A stretch of 64,000 nt of DNA from the human T2T-CHM13v2.0 reference genome, Homo sapiens, in NCBI RefSeq assembly GCF_009914755.1, contig NC_060936.1; one strand, given 5' to 3'. A program made the translations under genes and the position numbers. Below are positions 14,560 through 28,141 of this stretch, piece by piece (the first letter of the stretch is position 1; each line of letters starts with the position of its first letter). Below the pieces are notes generated by a model. It saw nothing but the letters and a program-made list of their open reading frames with translations, did not search any database and was not told where the DNA came from.

Positions 14560-15369
14560 TCAATTGAATTTGAAACAGAACTTTTCCTAGCTTCTAAATG
14601 ATTAGAAATTTCAGCTTTGGTTTAACTTAAAAACTTAGAATTGTCAATTCTGTCCAAGTCTCTGAGTCATGTACAGAACTCAAATTATTACATCATTTTT
14701 TTACTTATCTGTATTATTTCTCCATTTAAAAGTGGACAAATTTTTATACTATATCCTAATAATGATACAAGGTGACTTGTAGGACTCTGGATAGAAAGAG
14801 ATGGCCCAGGATACAGAGGGCACTCCTTAAATAGCTGCCAAATAAATGACATTAAAAAATGTATAAAAAGGTATGTTAAGTAATTAAAAGTGTCAGGCAT
14901 TATTTTCCTATTATGAGACATTTTATATTATGGTTATTCACTGTAATTGCATCCAAAATAATTCATAAAACATTTATTTTTGTACTATTAAAAATCTAAA
15001 CAATAATAACCAGATGGAGGAAAATGATACCATCTGATTTAATTATTAACTTGAAGGTCAGTTTCTACAACTTATTCTCATTTATGTTTATCTGATTTGG
15101 CCACAGTTTCTTACTTTCTCATATTTTGCTAAGCTTGTGGATGAAGCCGCATGTCTCTTTTTTTTTTAACCTGGCATATAACACTGTCACTCTATTTAAT
15201 TATTACCCATCATCTACCTACTTTGAAACTTTGGAGGTTTTATAAAAATTATGAGTATTTAATCAAAGTTGTCTCTTTATCATTTGCCAGTGAAAATATA
15301 AAACCTGGCTGTTTTATTCTATTGTGCACTCTAATTACATAACCAAAATCTTTTTAAAAATTCTTAGTT

Positions 15370-15911
15370 CTTTTAGAAATACCATTTGACCCAGCCATCC
15401 CATTACTGGGTATATACCCAAAGGATTATAAATCATGCTTCTATAAAGACACATGCACACGTATGTTTATTGCGGCACTATTCACAATAGCAAAGACTTG
15501 GAACCAATCCAAATGTCCAACAATGATAGACTGGATTAAGAAAATGTGGCACATATACACCATGGAATACTATGCAGCCATAAAAAATGATGAGTTCATG
15601 TCCTTTGTAGGGACATGGATGAAGCTGGAAACCATCATTCTCAGCAAACTATTGCAACGACAAAAAAACCAAACACTGCATGTTCTCATAGGTGGGAACT
15701 GAACATTGAGAACACATAGACACAGGAAGGGGAACATCACACACTGGGCCTGTTGTGGGGTCAGGGGAGGGGGGAGGGATAGCATTAGGAGATATACCTA
15801 ATGTTAAATGACGAGTTAATGGGTGCAGCACACCAACATGGCACATGTATACATATGTAACAAACCTGCAAGTTGTGCACATGTACCCTAAAACTTAAAG
15901 TATAATAATAA
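15370..15911 (+). mobile_element. 5'-truncated L1PA (ORF2 C-terminus and 3' UTR)
   Basis: Track ORF MFIAALFTIAKTWNQ... is the ORF2 end, followed by the G-rich 3' UTR tract. TSD AAAAATTCTTAGTT on both sides. Confidence 0.95.
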
Positions 15912-17526
15912 AAAAATTCTTAGTTATTTGAAAATAGGTTTTTTGAATTCACAAACTTGCAGGATGAAAAAAGTTATTAGTTCCTGAAGATATAACATTG
16001 ATTTGTCTTTTTCTTATTTGATATCAGCTAGCAGTAAAATTGTGAACAAATCTGGTAAATCTTTTGGTGTTGCAGGTTCATAATCAGTTAATTGAGTGTA
16101 TTCACTATAAATTGCTTTAATTAAGTGATGTTTGCCTAAGAACAAGTTTCATTTCATCTCATGAAAAAAATGTTACTTTTTGTATTAATCAGTGGAATGT
16201 TTAAAGAAAAAACTGGTTATCTTGAAGCTGTCAAATAATTATAAGAAATCTCTATACATTACGTTTTAAAATACATAAAACCCATAAATTCAAGCTTATT
16301 AGTTTTCATTTTCAGCAAGGTTTATACAGAGAAAATAAGTAATACAAATTAGTTTTCCAGAAAATCTAATTTTATGCAGATAAAATCTGAAAATCATATA
16401 AGTCCAAGATGAAACTGATCTCAAATTATTATTTTGAGGTGTATCCATTTATTTAAAAAAGCCTCATTTTAGCTAGCAACACTATGTAGAAAAATATTTT
16501 AAATAAGACAGAGCATTAAAATAATGTATTCATTGATCTCATAAAGAATAGATGATCAGATTTTTTAAAAGTGATTTTAATTAAATGGACATGTTTCTCT
16601 TTAGCCAGAAATGACTGAGAAATTTTGAGTTGGAATTGATATAGGGGAATCCTTGGAACTATGTGTGAATATGTGTGTGTGAATTATCTGTGTATATTTA
16701 CATAATTTACACTATTCACAGTCCTTGTTTTTCTTGACTCAAATAGCTATCTCAAGTTTCGTACACTTTTTAGATCTCTATGTAAATACATTATTTCATT
16801 TGTGGAAATATATTGAGGCCTATATCAATAACCTCAAACCTTTTAAACACTTAGAGCAAGTCAATATGACTTGTTCTGTTTCAGCTATCTGAAATTTAAA
16901 AATTTGACAAATTTTTAAAGTACCCAGTTCTTGGAAAAAGAAAAACAAATAAATTGGAGATTTGGATCATATGGGCTATGACTAAATGAGACAAGGCATA
17001 CATGCTGACATTTGAAGGATTTATGAAAAAAAGTCCACTGTGGAAAACTGATAGTTTTTCTCCTTCTTTCTTGAATATGTTTAGTTAATTTTGTGGAAAG
17101 AGGAAGGCAGCTCAGTTTACAAACAGCAGTGGGTTGAAGGCAATGCTGTTTATATTCTTGAATTTCAATATCTACAAAGATGTCATCATTAGATTTTATG
17201 TGTTAAAAAGTGGATTTATAGTCTCTAATTAATAAGGTGCATATGTCAAGACTCAGGAAAACAGATCACTTACGTAGTTCTCCAAAAACGAGAGTCCCAG
17301 ATTCAATAGGAAGGCATGCAGAGTGTTCTCTATAAACCCAGCAAAACCATAAAAATTGACTGGAACTTTTATTTTTCAGTACAACAATAATAGTATTGAA
17401 ATACCTAAAAAGGGCAGGAAACAACACAGAATAATCTACGCTTGTCATCATGTTTTCTAATCTATAATCTTTCAAACTGGATAAATGGGAAGTTTTGGAA
17501 TTTTACTGTGGTACAGTCTTAGTTGC

Positions 17527-18055
17527 TCCGTGGTTGTCAAATCTGTCTGCACATTAGGATCACTTAGGAAGAATTTTAAAAGTATGCTGATGCCTGGAAA
17601 CTCCAGAACAATTATGATAACTCTGAGCATGGAGCTCAGGAATGGGTGAAATTCTTCCCCAGAGATGTTAATGAACAGCCAGACTTAAAAACTAGTAATT
17701 TAGACAAGTGTGAGCAGCGGTTAATAATGTTGGATGAACTGGGCTTAATATTTCACTAACAAGGTCAGAGTTTTGATGCATCACTTAACTCAAACTTTGA
17801 GATTCTTCATCACTGAAGTAGCAATAATAATAGTCATTTCTGTTTTAATACTTCATAGACTTGTAAGGATGTAATGTAGTGTTTCTAAAAGGAGTGAATG
17901 GACAATCTGCATCAGTGTTAACTAAAATACATTGAAAGTGCCAATTCCTAGATCTATCCTAGATTTACAGGGAAGAATTCAGTAGTCTGAAACACACATT
18001 TTCAATATATTGAAAAGATGATTCTTTTGCATGATGACTTGTTATAATCATTACT
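17527..18055. mobile_element. Two degenerate MER5-like hAT MITEs (about 17527-17698 and 17877-18055)
   Basis: gtggttgtcaaatctgtctgcacattaggatcactt...cagccagacttaaaaact, then a second similar but more decayed unit. Confidence 0.55.
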
Positions 18056-18569
18056 TTCATAGGTAATGGAAGTACCGATTAGGAGAGTACCAAATACATA
18101 TTAAACACTCAGTTCATGTAAGCTATAGGCCAATAAACACAACTTTGGGGTTTACTGATGTTTTCCAACATCCGAAATAATAGCTGAAATTTAGAAACAT
18201 AGTTAATCACACAAAAAATGTTGCATACATACTGTCTAACTACCAGTTTGGTATGTTTGGGGCTGGTGTTATGAAAGACTATTATATGATTAATACAAAG
18301 TTATAATTTTTGGAGTCTTTTAGTGTACCCAGAGCCCATGAGTTTTTATTTTCTTTTTGGAATAACAGAAATTAGGTTGTGGTTCAGTGAAATTACAGAA
18401 GCAAGTGTTTTAGATGTTCAAGTTTAAAAAATGAGAAAAAAATGTTTTACATGAAGAAACTAATTATTTAAATTCATTTTTCAACTATTTAATGTTATTT
18501 TAATATAGTCATATCATCCAGAAAATCCCATCTTAGACAAATGGGTTTTCAATAAATTATTATTATAGT

Positions 18570-18820
18570 TAGGAGGCAATGTATAATAGTGATAAGGGGC
18601 ATAGATTTTGAATTACACAAACCTGAAATCCAATGCTCTCTCTTTCATTTATTAGTTATGTGACCTTGGACAAGTTAGTAAAACCCTATTTTTCATATGC
18701 TCTTTAGCTTTTTTAATACCTCTTACCTTATATGGTTGTTTAATCTATTAAATAGACAGTGAAATGCACATGAAATCTTCACACAGTGTCTCATAGTTGC
18801 TTGGAACATATTTATGTAGT
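18570..18820 (+). mobile_element. MIR
   Basis: Core sequence attagttatgtgaccttggacaagtta. Confidence 0.75.
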
Positions 18821-21800
18821 AAGCATTGTTCTTGGCTGAGCTTACATTAAGTGATCTGTAAATTAGAAGTTATTTGTTATATTTGTTTCGTTTCCTTATT
18901 GCCCTAGATGCCTTTTCTCTGGACCTAGATAATTTAGTCTCACTCTGTGGCCTTTACCCTTCAATAAATATGGATTATTAATATAATTTAGCTACATAAT
19001 TCCTAAGGAAATATTAATTCATAAAGATTGTTAAATTGAACTGAATATCTTTGCTAAGTCACACGCATTGATTAAATTAGATAAAATTGTCATTTTCCAT
19101 TGATTTTGTTTATATAAATAATATTGAATTATTTATATTCTTATTTAGTCTAGTAGATTGACAGGCAGTTTTATTAAGAAATGAATCAAATGGTAAATTT
19201 TGAATCATCTGGTAAAAATGGACAAAATTTAGTTTTATCTTGTGGTCTGGAAATACACCCTAAATTATTGGGTCAAGTTAGTGAAAACTGTTAAATTGAT
19301 TATGAACGTAGGCACATTACTTATAAATCCCCTTATGCTAACTTAAAACTTGTGAATGTTTAGTGTTATCCAGCTATAATTCTTCTAAACATGTCTTGTA
19401 ATTTTTAAGTTTGCATGAAAATAACTCCATCCTGAGTATACTCATTTCAATAAATTATTTGTCCTGAGCATACTGTAAGAAATTTAGTAAAGTACTAATT
19501 GAATTTAGTGATTAGACTGTGATTAGACTATTACAAATTCACAGTGCTTGTACAATTCAGATATTATTTTGCTTTGAAGTCAAATAGAGGAACCTTAAAT
19601 AATTTAAATAAAAATAATTGTTTTTATTAAAGTTTATACAGCAAGATAATAAATTCACTAATGTGAAATGTTGATATAGTATGTACAACTTGTTTCTTAA
19701 GTTACTAAAAATGTATTTTCCTACCTACATAATGTCAATCTCTATTGCTCCTAACACATGAGTGGCTAAAATTGCAAACTTAATCACATAAATAATGAGA
19801 TTAAAGTTAAAATGAAAAAGTGGTATGAGGACTATTGTTTGTGTTAAGTGAAATTATACCTTGTAAAATTTCATATTATGAGAGCAATATGTAAATTTCA
19901 TTGCAACAATGGTTATTCAATTTACTGATGAAAATCAGAAGAATGTTGAAAAATTAGTGCATTTATAATAAATTTAATTATTCATAAAAAATTAACATTG
20001 ATATATATATTCATAAGGATAAAAGATATCAAAATAATTAAACAAATTTCACTTTCTTCTTATAAAAGAAAATAATTTTTATGGTAACTAATTTTAGTAG
20101 TGCATCAGATCAACACTATTGGGCACCCAGTTATTTGGTGGTACGCTGAGTGAAAATATGTAGCTTTATCTACATTACCTTGGTTTGGACAACTGAAAAA
20201 TTTGCTAGGAAACAAATATTACAAAATATGTTGTTAACTTTTCAAAGATGATCGGTTTAGATTGCTTTAACTTGAAGGACACTTATATTTTGTATCACTT
20301 TTGTAGCAAACACATGACTCATCATTGCCCAAATCAATTGCCCAAATCAATTCAAACATCTCATTGTAGTTCATCCCATGGCAGAAAAGTGTTTATCCAC
20401 TTAGTAAAATGGAAAACACTAGAGCTTCAGGTTTAATTTGAAATTTTAACTTCATTAAGAATAAACTTGACCTGTTTGTTCTAGTAAGTAAAAACACTAG
20501 ATACGTACCAAAATTGTCTTTTGACCCTCTCAGGGAGTCAAGTTTTGATTTGCTTGAATACAAGCAAGTCGAGCTATGGTAATTTGCAATGCTGACAGGA
20601 AAGAAGAACTTGCTTGAGGCAAAATCATGAAGTACAACTTTTCCTCTGCATCCTTTTACCTCATGTTTGTAACATTTCCCCTGTTGTTATTTTTACACAT
20701 CTGGATGCTCAGAAAGGCCTCCTTACCACAATAATTGAAAGGAGTACTTTGTCAATAGTCAGAATTGAATGAGAGATAGGTTGTTGGGAATATTCAGGGT
20801 GAATGTGTCTTTTCTACTTTGACTATATTTACCATTGACTACAGTAACTCAGCAGAAAGTTAGAGGGCAGAATACATACATTGGTTTATGGATTTAATGA
20901 AAATATCCCCAACCATTACATTACAGACAATTCATATATATGTCTTGAAAATCTTCTTGACAATTTGTGACAAATTTTCTAAATGTTTTTCCAAAAATAG
21001 TTGGTTCTTGTAAGTGATTTTGATATGACTGATTACCAAATTATGGTGGGTAAAGATGCCACATGCAACAGAAAATGTGTCTAATTATGTTTGTTTTAGA
21101 GCTTAAGAAATGTTAAGAAGAGAAGTTACAACTGCATTAATAGGATTTTAATTTTTATTCAAAATGGACAACTTATTTATTATGTACTTCTACACACAGC
21201 TAAGCTTATAGATATTTTCATTTAAAGAAAAACTATTTGTTCATTTTATTAGCAGATATCAAATGCCCTTTTGAAAATTGAGACTGATTTCTAAAACAAA
21301 AAAAAAGACTTTAGGAGGTTTAATTATTTTTAATATATTGCTTCTTTATTAAAAAAAGATACAATCCTTCAATGTCATTCAACAGTATTAATTGTTAAAG
21401 TGTGGGATATAGTTTACATTACCGAGTTTATTTTCTAAGGGTAGTGAATAACTCCTGACAACTACTGATATCGTCACATGGTCCTTTAGTGACCAAAAAT
21501 GCACAGTTGTAAGAATGCAAGTGTTACTTGTATTGAAAACCGGATTACATTAAAGGATGGACAATTATGATAAAGGATCTGAGATAATTGGACAATTATG
21601 ATAAAGGATCTGAGATAATTATTCTAACTTTTTGGAACTATACTTTCACTCATTGATGAAGTAAGTTACAACGTGGAATAACAAAGTTTAAGTGTGGCAG
21701 AAAATACATACATATGTTTAAAAGTAGGGAAAATTTTATCAATTATTAAAGATGGAAAAAATAGGACTATGTCAAATAGTTAAACAAATGTGGGGTATTT

Positions 21801-23261
21801 TATGGAGAAAAGAGGCATGTACTACCTTAAACATTTTCCAATTGGAACATACTATAGACAAAACTGACAGATTATTATTCAATGAGAAACCTGACTCAGA
21901 TGAAGTTACAAAAAAAGTACTTTTTAAATGTCTAGTTTCTAATAGAGTTAGAGCTTTGTTGATTGAGATATGTGGAACTGCCACATATCTCTGCCATACT
22001 TTTGGTACCTTCATAATAAACGGTAAAGTGAGGGAAAGGGTGGAAGAGACAAATCCTACGTCTCTTCCAGAACTTCGAGTGCACTATAAATTAAATATTT
22101 AAAATATTTTTGCAATAGTTAGCTTTCAATTATGAACACTCTCAGCCTCTATTGCTTTATATATGCATTTATTTTGGTAATTTTTATACATCAAAACTAT
22201 AATTACCTGTATTTGGGCAGAATGATTTAGGTTATGCCAGCTATTGTGGTTAAAGCTGTAGTAACTTACAGTACATTGAAATTATAGACTAAGGTTCTGA
22301 ATATTGGTAACTCACTGTTGTTGTGCACCTTTAAACAACTCTTAAATAAAGTAATGATTCTCTTTATATTAAATTTAATGTATGTGTGCCTCATGGAAAT
22401 TTGTATTTTATAGAAAAATATTGAATATTTTATTATTATGTCTTTGGCTCACCTACTTTAAGGAGATGGCTACTTAGGGTACTTTTTAATCCAATATAAT
22501 GTGAAAATTTGATCATGCTATATTCTTAATTTAATTGTACTTCTATGGTCATATACAATTTACCTATCACTTTCTCACATAATCAATTTAACTTTTTGGT
22601 AAATCTTCTAAGAGACCGTCTAGACAGAGTGAAATGAAAGCTGAAACAACAGTCAAATCAAAAACTGCTTTGGTCTCAAATCCATGTTTTTCAGAAAAGA
22701 TATTCAGATCCAGTTATCTGGCAAATGGTCTCAAACATACATTTCAATTTCAATGTTAAAAATAGGATATTAAACATCTCAGAAAATATTGGGATTATTG
22801 AAGCAAATTCTACCCTGGACTTGGAGTAAATGTGATGAACAGATTAATGAGGTGGAAGGGACTAGAACTTTGGGAAAGTGCAACCTTGTTATCTTAATAT
22901 TTTTATAGCTCAGAAAGAGAATGCTATGCAACTCATATTTTGATCTTTTAATGTTAAAGAATTCAAATAAAAACCATAAACCTGAAACTCTAAAAGAAAA
23001 ATTCTGTTTTGAGAGAGATGGCCTCCTCTAGTACACTTTTAATAAATTTAAAGTATCTAAAAGGATGCACAAAGATCTCTAATGTGCTGTGATTTTCAAA
23101 GGATGTCATGTATAAAAGATTTGAGTGAGAACATGAAAGCAAAAGCAAGTTCAGAAGAGGAACACAACCAGGAGGACAGTGTGTCAGGAAAATCCAAGAA
23201 TAAGTGGAGGTGTAAAGGCTAAAAAATAATGCAAATGGTGCATATCCTTCTGTCTTTCTCT

Positions 23262-23462
23262 CATACACACAGACACACTTACACAACACATATACAAATA
23301 CATACATGTATATATGTATATATATACACAAATATACACACATATTCACATAATATTCAAGTATGTATACATATATACACATATGTACATACACATATGT
23401 ATATATACATACACACAGATTGAGAGATTAACCATATGTAGATACACACATGCACATATGCA
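23262..23462. repeat. (CA/TA)n low-complexity tract
   Basis: Alternating purine-pyrimidine run, read directly. Confidence 0.9.
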
Positions 23463-24214
23463 ATAATGAAATCATTTCAAAGCATGCCAAAAAGTAATAA
23501 AAGATATATCCTCTGTTTGGGATAAATAAAAAAAAAGTTTAAAAGCAAACAAAAAATAAATGGCAATAACTAATCACATTGAATTTTGTTATGGCCTTTT
23601 TCTTCCTAAAAAGAATAACCCCAATCTGAACAAAGAAATTCAAAGTAATGGAAAACTCAACAATGAAACTCAAAGTAGACTAGCAGATAAGATACCTATT
23701 TCAAACATCAGTGCCAAGGTAATTTATAGGTCAGTGCATTGATAACTTTTGCCAATGATAGAAAAGATGCCAGAGAACCGGATCCTGACATTAAAAAAAA
23801 AAAGTAAAAAGATTCTGAAGACTGCATTTCTGAGCTTAAGGTAGATTCTAAACAACATCTTAGAAACTAGGAAATGACTTTATGTTTCTTTGTTTTTCAA
23901 TGTAAATGGATCAAGATTTCTTAAAACAGAAATGAATATTATTATTTGTGATGAGAGCACTAGGGGCAATTTTGATATTTTTGATAAGGTTTCTAGAGTA
24001 ATAAATTAGAATGACAGGAATATATATTGATTTTAGGAAAGTGTCTGTATAATTCCACATGATATTCTCTGGACAAAATATGAAAAGGTAGGCTGAATAA
24101 CATTTTTAAAGGGCAGTAAATTTTATAATTGTTATTGATTACAATGAAGGCCTCTGGTAATGTTTTCCAGGGTCATATCCTGTTACATATACGTGACATG
24201 GATAAAAAGGAAAC

Positions 24215-24425
24215 AAATATTTATTGTGTGCCTAGTTTATGTTATCTCAATTCCAGCTCTACAAGGAGCTACAAGGTAAAATTGCTACCTTTAAAAAACA
24301 TATGAGGTAAAATTATTCCTATTCACAGATGTAGAAACTGAGTTTCAAGAAGGTTAAGTAAATTTCCTCATATTGGGAGGCTGGTAATGCAGAACTGGGT
24401 GTCAAAATCAAGTCTGTATGAACCT
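24215..24425 (-). mobile_element. MIR
   Basis: cctattcacagatgtagaaactgagtttcaagaaggttaagtaa is the antisense MIR core. Confidence 0.7.
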
Positions 24426-25506
24426 TCTGTTTTGTCTCCCATGAAGACAAAAGGCATGCATATAAAATTTGTTGAAACACAAAGCTGAGGAGGCATAATA
24501 AGACGTGGAATGACAGAAGCAAGATCTAGAAAGTTTGGGATCATGAATCAAAAGAAACAGGATAAAATTATCCTAAAATTAATATTAAATCTTACAAGAA
24601 ACCCCCCAAAATCAGTTGAATTTGTACAAAACGGTAAATCATTTTATCAGTAGATCCCATAATAAATATTATAAAGTTTAAGTGTGAGCTCTATTACTCA
24701 GTAATATGATGCCATTACTGTGTTGATGGATGTATTGTCAAGGAAAAAGAAGAGAATTACACACTGTTTCCTTCAATTGTTAGATGGCACTGGATGTAGT
24801 GTTTTCAATGTTAATCCTGGTATCATGTTCTTTGCCATAAACTTGTTGACAAATTGGCAAATATTGACATGAAATATGCCAATATTTGAGCATCTAAAAA
24901 TGTAGGTACTTTCCATACCACATCATATATTACAATTTGAAAATGTTTGTTTCATTTTTTATATAATTATTATACAGAACAGTTTTTCTATGATAGCATT
25001 ATAAAAATTCCCAGAGAATACTGGCCCAGTAGGAAATGGAATGTTCACAACTCATAGTGTAGCTATATGAAAGAAATAGATCTAAACGACAGGTTGGTTT
25101 CCAAATTATATTTTCATACCTGGAAAATATCTACTTTATAAATAGCACAAAGTTATAGTTTTCAATGAATATGAAAAAGTTCTTGCATTAACATATTTTA
25201 TGTATCTTTTATATTGACATTTGTGATTGCCACTAAAATGTGTATTTTCTAAATTTCATTGTGCTTTTACAAGATACTTTTTTCTTTGATGTCCATAACT
25301 GCTGAAAAGGCTCCCCTAAGGAGAATTTTAAGACTAAGTAAGGTTTTTAGTGAGCTTAAATTATACAATTCTGAGGCATTATTTAAGGTGCATACTGTAT
25401 TTTTTGCTTGAAACCTGTCAGCATTTTATTTGTATGGCAATTAAATGACTCAGCCATTCATGTCTCATGCCAGTCTTTTTCAATTGTTATTTTTAACAAA
25501 GAAAAT

Positions 25507-25570
25507 TATATATATACGTATATATATATTATATATATGTATATATGTATTATATATGTATATATATATA
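25507..25570. repeat. Interrupted (TA)n microsatellite
   Basis: Read directly from the sequence. Confidence 0.9.
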
Positions 25571-26637
25571 AACTTACAGCAAAAATGTTTAAAAATAGCA
25601 AATAGTTTGAGTATAGTTAAACCTAATAACTGTACTTTTGTTTCTATGCCTCTGAGACAAGATTACTAGACCCTTATTCAAAGTTTCTAAATATAGGAAA
25701 TAGAACATTGGGCCATGCTAAAAAAATTGTTCAGATTTTCTTTTGAAAGAGAATAGTTATTTTTCCTCCTGACCTCTAATGAAGATGCTTTATTTGTCAA
25801 GGTGTTTTCCTTAGAAAATTGACCCAGTGTCAACTGTAAAGAAAACATAGAGGATCCTTGGATGATTGACCAACTTATCCAAACACAGGTTTAGTAAAGA
25901 GAGGATATAAAGATAAAATGTGAAATGACCTCTCTGAGTCACATTTGTTTTCATAATTTCCTAGCAAACATCCAACTTCACTGCTACCCTCAGCAATGTT
26001 TCTTGAAACATTTTTAAGACATTGATAGACACCAATAGCTGATCTTTAGAAAGCCATTCCCAGAAGAATATGTAAGGGGTTACAACTCATTTCAGGGAGT
26101 CTGCCTAGCTCTTGATATTACATGTCTTTGGCATACAATTGTGTACCTTTTATCATTGACAGTGAAGAAAATAATGCCATTTGTAACTTCTGAGATATAC
26201 ACACAATACTATCAACTAGCCGGTTAATAAAAGATAAGAAAAATAAAGAAAATAGAACATTTTTAGGTGTCTGGCAAGTATCCTCTAAATCAAGGTAAAG
26301 ATAATAATTTAGTGGCAGTGTTCATATTTTCCTATGACTGTAAGATTTAGGTGCCTCACAAAATATTAATATTTAGCCTCTTATGAAAGGTTCGTTTTTC
26401 TTCTAACACTTTAGTAGCTGAATACAAAGAAAATACACAACAGCTGTTTATAAATGAAATAAAAAGTTTCCATTTTTTATCTGAGTTTCTCATTTATTTG
26501 CAGAGAACGAATAAAATAAAAATATCCTAGTGTTGTTTGCACCACAGCATACCAGTAAATCTTAAGGATTGTGTTTCAGTATGAAAAGGAAGAGCAGGAA
26601 GATTTCCTCATTCTGTCTTACCAGCAAAAGTCTAGCC

Positions 26638-26639
<2 letters not shown>

Positions 26640-26687
<48 letters not shown>
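26640..26687. repeat. (CA)24 microsatellite
   Basis: Read directly; uninterrupted. Confidence 0.97.
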
Positions 26688-26691
<4 letters not shown>

Positions 26692-27375
26692 CATCTATAT
26701 GAACACGTACTTGAGTTTCTTAAACATATATGAAGCACCTTCCATTTCCCTTTATAATAAATCCCTTAGTTTTTGCTGTTCATTAAAAAACAAAAAGGAA
26801 GAGACAAGCTCAGGACATTCTGAAAACCAATGTCTTTAGGACACACTAAGGTGTCCTGAATTACTTTAACGGACACATTGTAAAGACACACTCTCCAATC
26901 CCTATTAGGAAAAGTTTAGTCAAGTTTGCTTACTATTTGGGTGCTTATACCAAAAAAGCATCATTTAGGACATTATTTAGGATAATATTATTTATGCAGG
27001 AATTGTACCACCTATTTCCAGATGGTATAACTTATTATCTGACAGGCATGTAGCAAATAGAACACAAAGCATAAATCTGTCAGGAGAAATCATACGAGAA
27101 AAAGAGCATTGTCTGGTTATCAGAATATCAGATCTCTCATTCTGGCCTTGCTAGGAAATAGATCTTTGATTCTAGAAAAGTCAACTAATTTCTATGGTTC
27201 TTACTTTTCTCCTTTATAATATACCCATTTAAATTCCAAAAAGGTATATGATAAATCACAATAATTTCAATCACATGGATTTTAATACAAAATGTATAAA
27301 ATCAATTTCCAAAAATTTTCTGCATATACTGAAAATGTCTGTACGAATGAGCTAACTACTATAGGCCTTCCCTAA

Positions 27376-27381
27376 TTTATT
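27376..27381 (-). terminator. First canonical AATAAA poly(A) signal downstream of the MGAT4C stop codon
   Basis: TTTATT on the plus strand, about 760 nt after the stop. Usage cannot be shown from sequence. Confidence 0.4.
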
Positions 27382-28141
27382 CTATTAAATGTGGGTACTC
27401 AATGTAACCTGAAAATATTGAGCTTAACTCTTCTTTTTTTTTTTCAAAAGGGAAACTTGAAAAAGACTGCTTCCCCCAGAAAATTTATCAACAATAGGTG
27501 CTCAATTAAATGTTTTTAAACAATGAACAATATCCCCTTTCATATAAATAATCAGGGGAGAGATATTTTTAAGTCTTTTTTTTCTTTTTCCATAGTGTCA
27601 CCTACACAAAAAATTATGTAAAGACACCACTTCTATGAGGAGGTATTCATTGTAGATGTACAGAAGTCAACGGAAACTTAAGTTTACAGAAAAAATAAAC
27701 CAGATTATCATTCCACCCAACTGTATATTCCCACAGATGCTTAATAAAAGCTATCTGATGATATAATGAATTATCAGTTCTTGAGGAAGTATATACAGTT
27801 GGTGACTATTTTTCAAAAATCATCATCCAACAAATTTTTTTCATTTAAAATCTTTCATATTACCCTTTCGACAATCAGTTGAAATTTTAAAACTAAGAAC
27901 ATTTAAAAATATAAATGAAAGTAGCATTAGCTATAGACTGATATTCAACTTCAGACGTTAAAATAAATACAAGTGTGTATTAAGAGTAAAATTATGTCAA
28001 CAATGTATAAATGAAAACTGCCAATGTAATTAATGTTTCTTTTAACATATCCCATCCATTGCTTTCCCTCCAAAAGACAAAGGTAGCAAAAGACGAAGCA
28101 GGAAGAACTGCTTCAGAAACTGAACATACTGATTTAATTGG

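Noticed and set aside
21752-22102. 116-aa ATG-initiated ORF in unique sequence
   Set aside because: No recognisable domain or splice context; the length is compatible with chance in 64 kb.
22990-23423. 134-aa and 64-aa ORFs
   Set aside because: They arise from the CA/TA low-complexity tract.
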